Below the pieces are notes generated by a model, which worked only from the letters and a program-made list of their open reading frames with translations, was not told where the DNA came from and searched no databases. Positions 1 through 12,160 of a DNA stretch of 64,000 nt are shown here, in pieces. Each line of letters starts with the position of its first letter. Position 1 is the first letter of the stretch. The stretch spans positions 53,072,001-53,136,000 of the forward strand of contig NC_135817.1 in assembly GCF_964213995.1 (NCBI RefSeq). The letters are read 5' to 3'. The position numbers and the translations under genes were made by a program. Source of the DNA: Mustelus asterias (Eukaryota).

Positions 1-43
1 CAGATGGCTGCTGCCATTGCAAAAAAGGAATCTGAAAAACAGT

Positions 44-181
44 AGTCGGAATTCTCCGGCAATTCATGCCCTGCCACCGCTGCTGGCAAGAATAGAGAAT
101 TTGGTGCTCAGCCAAATCTCCAACTCATAGCAGCGAGACAGGAGAATCCCGGCTGTGAGCGAGATCGGAGAATCCGGTCCT
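44..181. mobile_element. Short MITE copy
   Basis: Same family as 46840-46977. Confidence 0.7.
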
Positions 182-1741
182 ATTACTTTAGCAACATGTG
201 AAGCGGGGAGGAGCAGGAGTTTGAAGAGCACTGACTGCCTTTTAGTCAGCACTCTCCCAAACACCTCCCACCTCTGACAAAGGACCGCCCACCCAGTAAA
301 AGATACTCTTTTGTGGACCTGAAACTTGCTGGTCTTCCAGTGCAGAGTTATCTATGACCGAGTGTTGTGCGCGGACTGGCACATACCAAGGTCCAGGACT
401 ATGTGCTGTGGAATACGCTAAAGCTTGTACCACCATCACAAGGGTACAATAAGGATAAGCTGCTGTCTAAAGCTTTTCAGACGTAGTGCACAGAAGTGCT
501 GGAGACTGGATAAAACCTCTTGGGTTGTATCTTTGACATGTTATGAATCTTGTAAATTTTAAATGCAATAGTAAATATAGTGAGTAACATACAGTTGAAC
601 GTTGTGTAATGCCAACTTGAAACAGTCATGTCATGTACCTTTATAAATTTTATGAACAATGCATATTTTTCCAAAATAAAAGATGCTCATGGTATGCCCA
701 AAACCCATTGGTCTTCTGTGTAAACAGTTGTTCACGACTGAGTATTGCAGACTGCATATTCCAAGGACCAGCACTAGGTGCTGAGTATTGCACTAAAGCT
801 TGGCACAGCCATCACAATGGGAAAAGGCCCCAATCCAATATCCGCCTGCCATACTACACTGAGATACAGGAAACTTTGCAAAGCACAGTCATGGGATGTA
901 TCTTGTAAATATCATGTGTAATTGCAGTTCTGCTGAGGCACCTCAGGATGCCACATGCTGTATGGAAACAGCTTTATTGCACTTTCAGTGAAGTTCAATT
1001 CAAATTGGTATGGTATGTAATTTTATAATTTTTTAATGAATGAAGTAGGTTTTTGGGAAAAAGAATTGTTTTGATTGACCTCATCAGCCATTGCACACCA
1101 AAGGACTAGAACCCCTATAAAACACCTCAGATCTCACACACCAGAGAATGTTTGAAATGAAATGTCAGCGCAACTTGCAATTGTAAATGTGATGAAGCAC
1201 CTCAGAGCGCCATGTATCGCGAGAAATTATCCTGCACTGCACTTTATGTAAAGTCATATTTGAACTGTTTTGTGCTGTGCTTCACAACATTTATGAATAA
1301 AATATATTTTAAAAGCAAAAAATATTGTTTAAAGGCATTTTACCAGCAGTTACCTCAGGAAACAGAGCAGGTATCTGTAGTTCACTCGTCCAATTTGAGT
1401 GCCTTGGGCCTACCCATTCTGGCACAGGACTCATTTCCTATGCCCATTCACGCTGGTAATATCCATGATATTATCCAATTGTAACTCCATTGTGTTCTCA
1501 AGCAAGCCAAAAGAACAGCAAACTTTATTTTTAAAGAGAATTTAACACAGAAAATGTTCCTTAGTGCATAAAGAGGAACAAGAGAACAATGCGATTGACC
1601 CAGGGTGGGAACTTCCAGTCCCGCCAGCTGTGGGAATTGTTACAGGTGGAACGGAAAAGTTGACAGACCCGCAAAAGGTTCTTTGACTTTGGGTGGAAGT
1701 TTCTGGTCTCATGGTGGGAAAATTCTAGTGAATTAGCTGAT

Positions 1742-2030
1742 GGCATGGTGGCACAATGGTTAGCACTGCTGCCTCACAGTGCCAAGGACCTGGCTTCGAT
1801 TCTGTGTGGAATCTACACTTTCTCCCCGTGTCTACATGGGTTTCCTCCAGGTGCTCCGGTTTCCTCCCGCAGTCCGAAAGACGTGCTGGTTAGGTGCATT
1901 GGCCATGCTAAATTCTCCCTCTGTGTACCTAAACAGGCGCCCAAGTGTGGCAACTAGGGGATTTTCACAGTAACCTATTTGCAGTGTTAACGTAAGCCTA
2001 CTTTTCACTAATAAATAAACATTTAAAAAA
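1742..2030 (+). mobile_element. tRNA-derived V-SINE, alternative-tail variant
   Basis: A-box tggcacaatgg and V domain gggtttcctcc...ccggtttcctccc. Tail ...gcagtgttaacgtaagcctac...taataaataaac. Confidence 0.85.
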
Positions 2031-3498
2031 ATCTTAGCAGGGGCGGAGGAGTGGGGGGGCGTGGGGGGTGCGCAATGGAAATCCTAGTCGGGGATGGGGC
2101 ACGGCTCATTTCCAACCTCGTGAAGAATCATGATTGAAGCACTCTTGGTTACAATGCACTACTGTTGTAATGTGCAGGACCGCATCAGGCTCCACTTTGA
2201 TGTCCATAATCTCTGTTGTCCAAAGAATCTTCACATGTGTGCGACACTGCAGTCCTGTGAATAACTTGGAACTAGATCTCTCCCATTGCATGAAACAAGG
2301 GGGAGACAAGTTCAGGAAAAATCAATATCAATTGGAAGGAAACTTTTTGCTAATCGAGAGAGCTCAGTAGGTGAGAACCATTTTGCTCAATATTTTAACT
2401 CTTGGGGGGCACAAACCAGGAATATTTAATTCTTGCTGGCTGAGTTATCTGTTTATTTCAACAGTAATTTCAAACAGTGAGCTTGATATGTTTCTCAGAT
2501 CACTCTGAAAAAAGATTGTTTTGTTCTGTCTTGCTTGTGAAATTGTCGGATGAATCATGATTTCAGTGTTTATTAAAGCAATAACAAGTCAGCAAGGATT
2601 GACTCCAGATGCCAATAAATGTTTACATGCAGTGAAAGGATTCTCCATGCATTCTTCGGTATTGTGCTTTGTTATGGTCAAGCAGCAGCTTAGAAAAAGA
2701 GGGAATCAACAGAGTGATACATCAGTGAGCTGTATGGAAATATATGGGTTTCTGACAATCTTTTCATTTAAGATTTCTGCATGTAGTTCTTGTAGAATAA
2801 AATGTGAATTTGATCACAATTAATTCTTTCATGCAAGCATATATATGTACAAAGAACAAAAATAGGCCATTCGGCCCCTCAAGTCTGTTCTGCCATTTCA
2901 TAAGATCATAACTGATTTGATATTGATCTCATATCCGAACCTACCTCCCCCCCCCCCCCCCGATAACCTCTCACCCTCTTGTTTGCCAAGAATCTATCTG
3001 CCTCTGCCTTATTGGATCAATGTCAAATCAATGATGATCTTATGAAATGGCAGAACAGACTTGAGGGGCCGAATGGCCTATTTTTGTTCTTTGTTCATAT
3101 ATATGCTTGTATGAAAGACTTAATTGTAACCAAATGCACATTTTATTCTACAAGGACTACATGCAGAAATCGTAAATGAAAAAATTGTCAGAAACCCATG
3201 TATTTCCATGCCCATGCAGGTCATTCTCCGGTCTCGCTGCTGTTAATGGAGATTTGGCTGAGCATCAAATTCCCCACCCTCGCTGGCAGCGGTAGCAGGG
3301 CAAACGAGACCAGAGAATTATAGCCAGAGTCTTTGAATATTTTTAAGGTGGGATTCCAGCTGGAAGGGTCAGTGCAATTCAATTTGTAATGCACCCACAC
3401 TTGGAAATCCTTTTCGAGCCTGGGGAGATTCTCATTGAATTCTCCCACACTTAGAATTTTTTTTTGGAACGGGGACCTAAAGGTGACCATTAACAACC

Positions 3499-3803
3499 CA
3501 GCACAGTGGTTAGCACTGCTGCCTCACAGCGCCAGGGACCCGGGTTCAATTCTGGCCTCGAGTGACTGTGGGGGGTTTGCACGATCTCCCCATGTCTGCA
3601 TGGTTTTCCTCCAGGTTTCCTCCTACAGTCCGAAGATGTGCGGGTTAGGTTGATTGGCCATGGTAAATTGCCCCATAGTGTTGGGGGAATAGCAGGGTAT
3701 ATACGTGGAGTTAAGGGGATAGGGCCTGGGTGGGATTGTGGTCAGTGCAGACTTGATGGGCCGAATGGCCCCCTTCTATACTGCAGGGATTCTATGGTTC
3801 TAT
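3499..3803 (+). mobile_element. HE1-like V-SINE
   Basis: tRNA head, V domain, CR1-type tail gatgggccgaatggcc...ttctatg. Confidence 0.85.
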
Positions 3804-4515
3804 GCCAGCAAGGGCGGCTGGATCTCCAAAAACCCTATATCCCAACCTCCCCATCAATCACAAGCTAAGACCAACCCCTCTCTCCACCTCCTAACAGTGG
3901 GCAGTTTCAGGGCTCTACCTAGCCATTTCCCCAAAATCCCGAGACCGTCAATGGCAGAATGTATTTAAATGAGATGTGAACCAGATTATGTCGGGATGCA
4001 GGGGTGAGGAGAGTCTTAAAGGTGATGCTCCCCAGCACTAAATATGCTTTGCTGTCACCCCATGATTCTCTGGCCCCACCCATGCTGCCCAGTGCATGAG
4101 CACAGATATCTGAGTGCCGGAGAATTGCAGTGCGGATCACGCCGAAGAGACTGGCACGGATCACTCTATTATTCCTCTTTTTGGGAAAATTCCGCCCATT
4201 TTCTCCCCCTACAGATGCTGCCGGACCTGCTGAGTTTTTTCAGCGTCCTGCTCATTTTCAGATTCAAGCATCCGCAGTATTTTGCTTATGATATATTTTT
4301 GTGACCTCCTTGTGTCCATTCTACAACTTACTTTCCTACCTATCTTTGCGCCATCAGCAAATTTGGCAACCACCCCATCCATCCTTCATCCAAGACAATA
4401 ATATCAATTGTGAACAGTTGAGGTTCCAGTTAAGGTTTCCTTTTGAAATCCATATACAGAAAATGACCAAAATCTCTGACAAAAATTTAACCTAGAAATG
4501 TGAGTGTACATAGTG

Positions 4516-4640
4516 TGTTCGAACTGACCCTGACTGATTCACATCAGCTCAGTGCCAGACTGTTCGAACTGATTCTGACTGATTCACATCAGTTCGGTGC
4601 CAGACTGTTCGAACTGATTCTGACTGATTCACATCAGCTG
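4516..4640 (+). repeat. 45-bp tandem repeat, ~2.8 copies
   Basis: tgttcgaactgattctgactgattcacatcagttcggtgccagac starting at 4516, 4561, 4606. Confidence 0.92.
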
Positions 4641-6271
4641 AACAATTTTTATTTTTCATTTTACTCTGTTTCTATGGGATCTCCACATGGTCCATGTTAT
4701 CAACAGGGAATCAGTGAGCTCTCAGGAATTGTAAACAACTGGAATTTCAATGTTATGTAAAAGGAATGTTAAATTTATATTCCGAGAATGAGTGTTGAGA
4801 TGAGTGGTTCTCTTTATTCCTCTAACTTTGTAAGTTTGAGCTGTACTAATGTTATCTTCTAATATTTAAGTATCCAATGTATAAAGTTGTTTCTGTTTAC
4901 ATCTGAACAATTGCAGGGCGATTTCTAGCAGTTATTTCTATCTCATGCACACACGCAGTTTCTGAAATCACTCTTTAATTGCTATCTGTTCATAGTCCCT
5001 GTCCTTTGGAAAAATCCAGTCGTGAATTTGATAGTGACTGAGAAAGTGGGCAGTGTCAGACATTTATGATGCTATCAGACATTCCTCCACTAAGCTCCTG
5101 CGTTTGCTCAGCGAGTTTGACCAAGAATAGCAGGCCAATTTTCTCCTCATCTGAACTCATTTATGTTGCATTTATACCACATGTTTTCTCATTGGCACGA
5201 AGTCTCTGCAGTGTAAATTAGTTTGCAAGGCCCAAATTGCAATTTCCTTCTGCAGAGTCTCAATCTGCTCAGCCCTGACTCTGGATTCAACCTACATTCT
5301 TAAATACAATGCCACGGAATTCAGACCGTGGCAGTGTTAACGCATCCGTGGACTTTCTCAACCATGGTTGGTGTTAGGATGTCGCAACTGGGTCTAACAC
5401 CCCTTGTTTTCAAATGGGAGGTCAGCAATTGCTTATCTGTAGACCCTTCCTGTGAAATGCGTGCATGTGCTTAGGTGTGCATGAGAGAGAAAAGGGTTGG
5501 GTTTGGAAAAATGGAACTTGGCTGCAATCGTGCGCACAGTCAAGTGTCTAGCAATATTCGCAGTGAGGGTTCACAGATTAATAATGACTTACTCATGGGT
5601 ACCAGCAGCCGGTTCCAAAGTACCAGAACTGTCCTCCAGCAAGGTGTAAACATCTTCAGGGAAAGAGAGACGGGAACACTGGCTGGAGGGAAAAAATGTA
5701 CTCCTCATAACTTTTAAGTCAACTGCTTGTGAGCAGAATCTGTACACTGCCTACAAAATTTGAATGATCTGTATTTGGCATCTACTTTATTTTTTTAAGA
5801 AAAAGCCAGTATCAAACTTCATATTTCTATAGGTTGTATTTCTGTAAGGATTTTCCCAATCATCTGCCATAACTTTGAGAAAGGTGCATGTAAACTCCAA
5901 AGGAATGAGCATAATTTCTGCCAGAGATTCGGCAGCATCACAAAGTTGATCCTCATTCTATCAGGTACCCTTCCTTCCCTTAGCAAAATAACTGCCGGTC
6001 ATGTCCCATCACCACTGCCAGAGAAAGCGGAGAATTTGGCACTCAGTCAAATCTCCATTCACAGCAGCAGGACTGGAGAATTCCAGCCACAGACGAGGTC
6101 GGAGAATTCTGGCCAACATGTGCCACAATCCGGTTGCCAGGAAGCTCATATCCATGACACACCGTGCAACAGCAGTAATCAACCAATTGAAATTCTGCCT
6201 TTTATAACAGCACTTTGTATATTTCTATTAATTTGTCTGTTGTTGGAATAAAATAGTTTTAATTCCTCAAT

Positions 6272-6372
6272 TAGGGATATGGGGGTAGGGCCTGGATGGG
6301 ATTGTGGTCGGTGCAGACTCGATGGGCCAGATGGCCTCTTTCTGCACTGTAGGGTTTCTATGATTTCTATGA
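6272..6372 (+). mobile_element. HE1-like V-SINE 3' fragment
   Basis: CR1-type tail with ctatga repeats. Confidence 0.75.
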
Positions 6373-6912
6373 ATTATGCCAGCTGACTTCCAGTTATGAT
6401 CTATCTCGTGTGCTTGTTAAAAATCATAATTCCATCTCTTTACTGGCTTGATAGTAAGTGTACTCTGGCTAAGGCATCAAGCTGTTAAGTGCAAAACATC
6501 CCATGTTTTTGGCCTGTGCAGTTAGATGACTTCAGCCAGGACACCGTACAGAGCATGACAGTTTGTGTTATGCCTGTGCGATGAAGAAAAAAATTGAACC
6601 AGTATTCTCACTCCTAATTGCTGCATAGTGACTGCTGGAAACCAGGATCTGGCTGTGCGGTAATAGCCCCTCATGGTTGAAAATTGCATGAACACTTGCT
6701 ACCGCAACTGACATATGAAGAATGCTGCGTTGGATGAGATCTTTGATTGCGGTTGTTGCTAATGGAATCTCTTCCCAATGAGAGTTTGTGCAATCAGGAG
6801 AGAAAATTGGGGAAGGCAGAAGTGGGAAGAGGGAGGGAGTGTTCTTCATGTGTAGATCTTTTAAGGAATATCCTAACTTCTAACCCTATACATATATCAA
6901 TTTATCTTTCAG

Positions 6913-7290
6913 GCATGTGTGCTGCCCAAAGACATGTCCAGGTACAGGACGGCCCCCTGGTCAGAGCAGAAGGATACCATATAACCATTTGGTGTAATGT
7001 GTCCGGATACTCAGGTTCCACACAGCAGAACTTTGAGTGGTCCATCTATCTGCCTTCTGCACCTGAAAGACAAATCCAGATAGTCAGCACGAATGATCCC
7101 GACTACCCTTATGCTGTGTATGGAAGCAGAGTACGGAATAAGGAGGTCTACGTTGAGAGGATTGATGGAGACTCAGCGCTGTTACACATTACCAACCTGC
7201 AACTGGCAGATACAGGGGAATATGAATGCCACACTCCTAACACAGAGTCAACCTACTGGGGATCCTACAACGCCAAGGGGAATCTGACCG
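6913..7290 (+). CDS. IGSF3: Internal coding exon (first V-set Ig domain) of an IGSF3-like / EWI-family Ig superfamily gene
   Basis: Translation (G)MCAAQRHVQVQDGPLVRAEGYHITIWCNVSGYSG...NFEWSIYLPSAPERQIQIVST...LLHITNLQLADTGEYECHTP...GSYNAKGNLT resembles IGSF3 domain 1 (C...W...DxGxYxC). Acceptor tttatctttcAG at 6911-6912, donor GTAAGT at 7291. Length 378 nt, phase 1 at both ends. IGSF8/CD101 paralogy not formally excluded. Confidence 0.88.
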
Positions 7291-8185
7291 GTAAGTAAGT
7301 GTTCCTTGCCTATGCACCGATTGTCTTTGCTAATGTGGATGTTTAGCAGGTAATAACAGAGCAACATCAAATGTGCAACATCCCTTTGAAGAAGCAGCAG
7401 GATTTTAATAACATTGTGAGGCTGTAATTATTTTGCAGAAGTTTCAGGTTTATATAGATGCATGTTGCTTATGATGACGATAGTTTAAAATGGTACTTGG
7501 TAGACTAGCAACCTTGAAATATAAAGTGACTGTGAATGTTTTCATTCGGTCTATGGTTACAGTTTTCTCGAAGTTCTCATTAATGGAATTTTAACTGAAT
7601 ATTAAAGTAAGTTTCTTTTTATTTACGGTGTCTATAATCAAGCTTCACTAAAATATAAATTATGGGCAGGTCTTCCTTTAAAATTGATCCCAGGTGTCTT
7701 GCATTATTTAAAACAGTTGGCTACAGTAGTATTTCACATGCCAAAGCTCTGAATAATGTGTTTCATCTGGGAGCATTTTCACAGGAGAAGGTGTCTCTAA
7801 TGTGAAAAACATGTCAAAATGCAAGAAAGATGCCACCACTTTCAGTGAAGAAAATGTAATATTCAAAAAATATGCATCAGTATCACACACATGCACATGC
7901 GAGAACCCTCCATTTGCGCAATATTAGCAAAGAGTTTAATTTAGTATGAATAATGTTAGATTGCTTCTGGGTTGAATGCATTTCCATTTCCATTCTACGC
8001 CAGTTGGTTTCTTTCTAGTTTGAGAGTTTGGTGCTTCACATATTTGGATAATTCTATTCCCTTTATCCCTCGAGTTCAGGTTTCACCCTGGGAGGGAAAT
8101 CTGGTTTTAGAAATATGGGAAATTTTCAGGCACAGAAGGAAACTATTCAGCCCATTATGGCCATGTCTATCTTGGATCAGGCTTC

Positions 8186-8507
8186 ATAGAATCACAGAAA
8201 TCCTACAGTGCAGAAGGAGGCCATTCGGCCCATTCAGTCTGCACCAATAACAATCTCACCCAGGCCCTATCCTTGTAATCCCACATATTTACCCCTCCTA
8301 ATCCCTCCAGACTACTCATCCCGGGACACTAAGGGGCAATTTAGCATGGCCAATGCAGCTAACCCGCACATCTTTGGATTGTGGGAGGAAATCCACACAG
8401 ACACGGGGAGAACGTGCATACACCACACAGACAGTGACCCAAGCCGAGAATCGAACCCAGGTCCCTGGAGCTGTGAGGCAGCAATGCTAACCACTGTGCC
8501 ACCGTGC
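8186..8507 (-). mobile_element. HE1-like V-SINE
   Basis: Reverse complement of the same consensus. Confidence 0.88.
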
Positions 8508-9165
8508 CTCTTCCCTAAGGTACCAAGAACTATGATGCCTAAGCAGCTGCAAATGCCTTTGCAATTCCAGCTGGTATGGTGGAACCAGGGGGAGAACCAA
8601 ATGAACTGTGACTTTGGGGCCTGCCATTCCAGCAAAACCTCATGATAAAGGAAGAATTTCAGGAGGCCTAGGACTTTATACGCTTGTAGGATTAGTGCAA
8701 GCGGACTTATTCCCAACTTTGCTATTCCATCTCCTCGCATGTACACACTAAAACAAGATGGCGATTCCTGTGTGGTCTGCACAGCAAGGCATCACCCATA
8801 GATATCTGAATTTTGTATTTGGTATTGGACAATTGGCATAGTACTCTGGTTTATGAGGAACTTTAACATCCATTACAAGTGAATGCTCTGGATTACTAAA
8901 TCTCTCCTGAGCCACTGTGATGTTCAGCATGATTCGAGAAATGGTGGAGATGTAAAGATCACATCTGGTTGTTCAACAAACCTGTCCAAACAGTTATGAT
9001 GTCTTGTATATTACCATGTAAACACTTCTCACTCCACCCGAGAGGCATGCAATCCCCTGTGAGAGAGACCACAATGTGGAGATGCCGGCGTTGGACTGGG
9101 GTGAACACAGTAAGAGTTTTAACAACACCAGGTTAAAGTCCAACAGGTTTATTTGGTAGCAAATA

Positions 9166-9202
9166 CCATTAGCTTTCGGACCGCTGCTCCTTTGTCAGAT
9201 GG
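9166..9202 (-). ncRNA. Mirror copy of the minimal hammerhead motif (left arm)
   Basis: Reverse complement ccatCTGACAAaggagcagcggtccGAAAgcTAatgg. Same G8->A change, plus one helix II mismatch. Confidence 0.65.
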
Positions 9203-11875
9203 AGTGGAAATGTGCACTCAAACAGGGCACAGAGACACAAAAATCAAGTTACAGAATACTGATTAGAATGCGAATCCCTACAGCCAGCCAGATCTTAAAG
9301 ATACAGACAATGTGGGTGAAGGGAGCATTAAGCACAGGTTAAAAAGATGTGTATTGTCTCCAGACAGGACAGCCTGCAAGTCCAGGAGGCAAGCTGTGCG
9401 GGTTACTGATAATGTGACATAAATCCAACATCCCGGTTTAGGCCGTCCTCATGTGTGCGGAACTTGGCTATCAGTTTCGGCTCAGCAACTCTGTGCTGTT
9501 GTGTGTCGTGAAGGCCGCCTTGGAGAACACTTACCTGAAGATCAGAGGCTGAATGCCCGTGACTGCTGAAGTGCTCCCCCACAGGAAGAGAACAGTCTTG
9601 CCTGGTGATTGTCGAGCGGTGTTTATTCATCCGTTGTCATAGCGTCTGCATGGTTTCCCCAATGTACCATGCCTCGGGACATACTTTCCTGCAGCGTATC
9701 AGGTAGACAACGTTGGCCGAGTTGCAAGAGTAGGTACCGTGTACCTGGTAGATGGTGTTCTCACGTGAGATGATGGCATCCATGTCGATGATCCAGCACG
9801 TCTTGCAGAGGTTGCTGTGGCAGGGTTATGTGGTGTCGTGGTCACTGTTCTCCTGAAGGCTGGGTAGTTTGCTGCGGACAATGGTCTGTTTGAGGTTGCG
9901 CGGTTGTTTGAAGGCAAGAAGTGGGGGTGTGGCGATGGCCTTGGCGAGATGTTCGTCTTCATCAATGACATGTTGAAGGCTCCGGAGGAGATGCCGTAGC
10001 TTCTCCACTCCGGGGAAGTACTGGACGACGAAGGGTACTCTGTCCACCGTGTCCCGTGTTTGTCTTCTGAGGAGGTCGGTGCGGTTTTTCGCTGTGGTGC
10101 GTCGGAACTGCTGATCGATGAGTCGAGCGCCATATCCTGTTCTTATGAGGGCATCTTTCAGCGTCTGGAGGTGTCTGTTGCGATCCTCCTCATCCGAGCA
10201 GATCCTGTGTATTTGGAGGGCTTGTCCGTAGGGGATGGCTTCTTTAACATGTTTAGGGTGGAAGCTGGAGAAGTGGAGCATCATGAGGTTATCCGTAGGC
10301 TTGCGGTACAGTGAGGTGCTGAGGTGACCGTCCTTAATGGAGACGCGTGTGTCCAAGAATGCAACCGATTCTGGAGAGTAGTCTATGGTGAGTCTGATGG
10401 TGGGATGGAACTTGTTGATGTCATCATAGAGTTGTTTCAGTGATTGTTCACCATGAGTCCAAAGGAAGAAAATATCATCGATGTATCTAGTGTATAGCAT
10501 CGGTTGAAGGTCCTGTGCGGTGAAGAAGTCTTGTTCGAACAAGACTTCTTCACCGCACAGGACCTTCAACCAATGCTATACACTAGATACATCGATGATA
10601 TTTTCTTCCTTTGGACTCATGGTGAACAATCACTGAAACAACTATATGATGACATCAACAAGTTCCATCCCACCATCAGACTCACCATGGACGACTCTCC
10701 GGAATCGGTTGCATTCTTGGACACACGCATCTCCATTAAGGACGGTCACCTCAGCACCTCACTGTACCGCAAGCCCACGGATAACCTCACGATGCTCCAC
10801 TTCTCCAGCTTCCACCTTAAATACGTTAAAGAAGCCATCCCCTACGGACAAGCCCTCCGAATACACAGGATCTGCTCGGATGAGGAGGATCACAACAGAC
10901 ACCTCCAGACGCTGAAAGATGCCCTCATAAGAACAGGATATGGCGCTCGACTCATCGATCAACAGTTCCGACGCGCCACAGCGAAAAACCGCACCGACCT
11001 CCTCAGAAGACAAACACGGGACACGGTGGACAGAGTACCCTTCGTCGTCCAGTACTTCCCCGGAGCGGAGAAGCTACGGCATCTCCTCTGGAGCCTTCAA
11101 CATGTCATTGATGAAGACGAACATCTCGCCAAGGCCATTCCCACACCCCCACTTCTTGCCTTCAAACAACCGCGCAACCTCAAACAGACCATTGTCCGCA
11201 GCAAACTACCCAGCCTTCAGGAGAACAGTGACCACGACACCACATAACCCTGCTACAGCAACCTCTGCAAGACGTGCCGGATCATCGACACGGATGTCAT
11301 CATCTCACGTGAGAACACCATCTACCAGGTACCTACTCTTGCAACTCGGCCAATGTTGTCTACCTGATACGCTGCAGGAAAGGATGTCCCGAGGCATGGT
11401 ACACTGGGGAAACCATGCAGACGCTACGACAACGGATGAATGAACACCGCTCGACAATCACCAGGCAAGACTGTTCTCTTCCTGTGGGGGAGCACTTCAG
11501 CAGTCACGGGCATTCAGCCTCTGATCTTCAGGTAAGGTTTCTCCAAGGCGGCCTTCACGACACACGACAGCGCAAAGTCGCTGAGCAGAAACTGATAGCC
11601 AAGTTCCGCACACAACAAGTGTCACGTGAGGACGGCCTAAACCGGGATGTTGGATTTATGTCACATTATCAGTAACCCCCACAGCTTGCCTCCTGGACTT
11701 GCAGGCTGTCCTGTCTGGAGACAATACACATCTCTTTAACCTGTGCTTAATGCTCCCTCCACCCACATTGTCTGTATCTTTAAGATCTGGCTGGTTGTAG
11801 GGATTCTCATTCCAATCAGTATTCTGTAACTTGATTTTTGTGTCTCTGTGCCCTGTTTGAGAGCACATTTCCACT

Positions 11876-11912
11876 CCATCTGACAAAGGAGCAGCGCTCC
11901 GAAAGCTAATGG
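11876..11912 (+). ncRNA. Minimal type I hammerhead ribozyme motif of the PLE (G8->A variant)
   Basis: ccat-CTGACAA-a-ggagc(agc)gctcc-GAAA-gc-TA-atgg: helix I, core, helix II, palindromic AGCT in place of helix III. The core reads CUGACAA instead of CUGANGA. Confidence 0.7.
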
Positions 11913-11971
11913 TATTTGCTACCAAATAAACCTGTTGGTCTTTAACCTGGTGTTGTTAAAACTCTTAGAGA

Positions 11972-12160
11972 GACCATAAGACATAGGAGCAGAATTAGGC
12001 CACTCGGACCATTGAGTCTGCTCTGCCATTCAATCATGGCTGATATTTTTCTCATCCCCATTCTCCTGCCTTTTCCCCATAACCCCTGATCCCCTTATTA
12101 ATCAAGAACCTATCTATCTCTGTCTTAAAGACACTCAATGACCTGGCCTCCACAGCCTTC
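11972..12160 (-). mobile_element. CR1 3' UTR fragment abutting the Penelope palindrome
   Basis: cataagacataggagcagaattaggcc...ccattcaatcatggctga. Similar stubs at ~2850-2990, ~22731-22910, ~55850-56000. Confidence 0.78.

Larger units (their letters stand above)
9072..11966. mobile_element. Penelope-like retroelement (Neptune-like, Cys-rich RT-EN linker), two 5'-truncated copies head-to-head as a ~2.86-kb palindrome
   Basis: Mirror ORFs 9826-10569(-) and 10504-11247(+) contain RT motif YTRYIDDIF and thumb, followed by PCxxNLCKTC linker and GIY-YIG-type NVVYLIRC...WY(I/T)GETMQTLRQRMNEH. Symmetry centre TTC|GAA at 10536/10537. Candidate TSD AGAGAGACCA at 9062-9071 and 11967-11976. Confidence 0.93.

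Noticed and set aside
940-1020. Possible signal-peptide exon ending at G|GTATGT
   Set aside because: No frame gives a hydrophobic leader. The first coding exon was not identified in this window.
4516-4640. CRISPR-like array
   Set aside because: Contiguous tandem units with no unique spacers, eukaryotic context, no cas genes.
64-6849. Numerous 60-100 aa ORFs here and throughout the window
   Set aside because: They overlap SINEs, MITEs or antisense frames of TEs and show no recognisable domains.
6747-6912. N-terminal part of the 183-aa ORF as coding
   Set aside because: It lies upstream of a good splice acceptor and does not resemble a signal peptide. It is open intronic frame.
10504-10569. 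Identical N-termini MKVLCGEEVLF of the two 247-aa ORFs as a real start
   Set aside because: This is the antisense reading of the opposite arm across the palindrome centre. Genuine RT sequence starts at about FEQDFF.
9111-11967. Palindrome as an assembly fold-back artefact
   Set aside because: The arms differ by substitutions and two indels, the flanks are unique, and an independent mini-palindrome with the same design exists. Read-level confirmation is still advisable.
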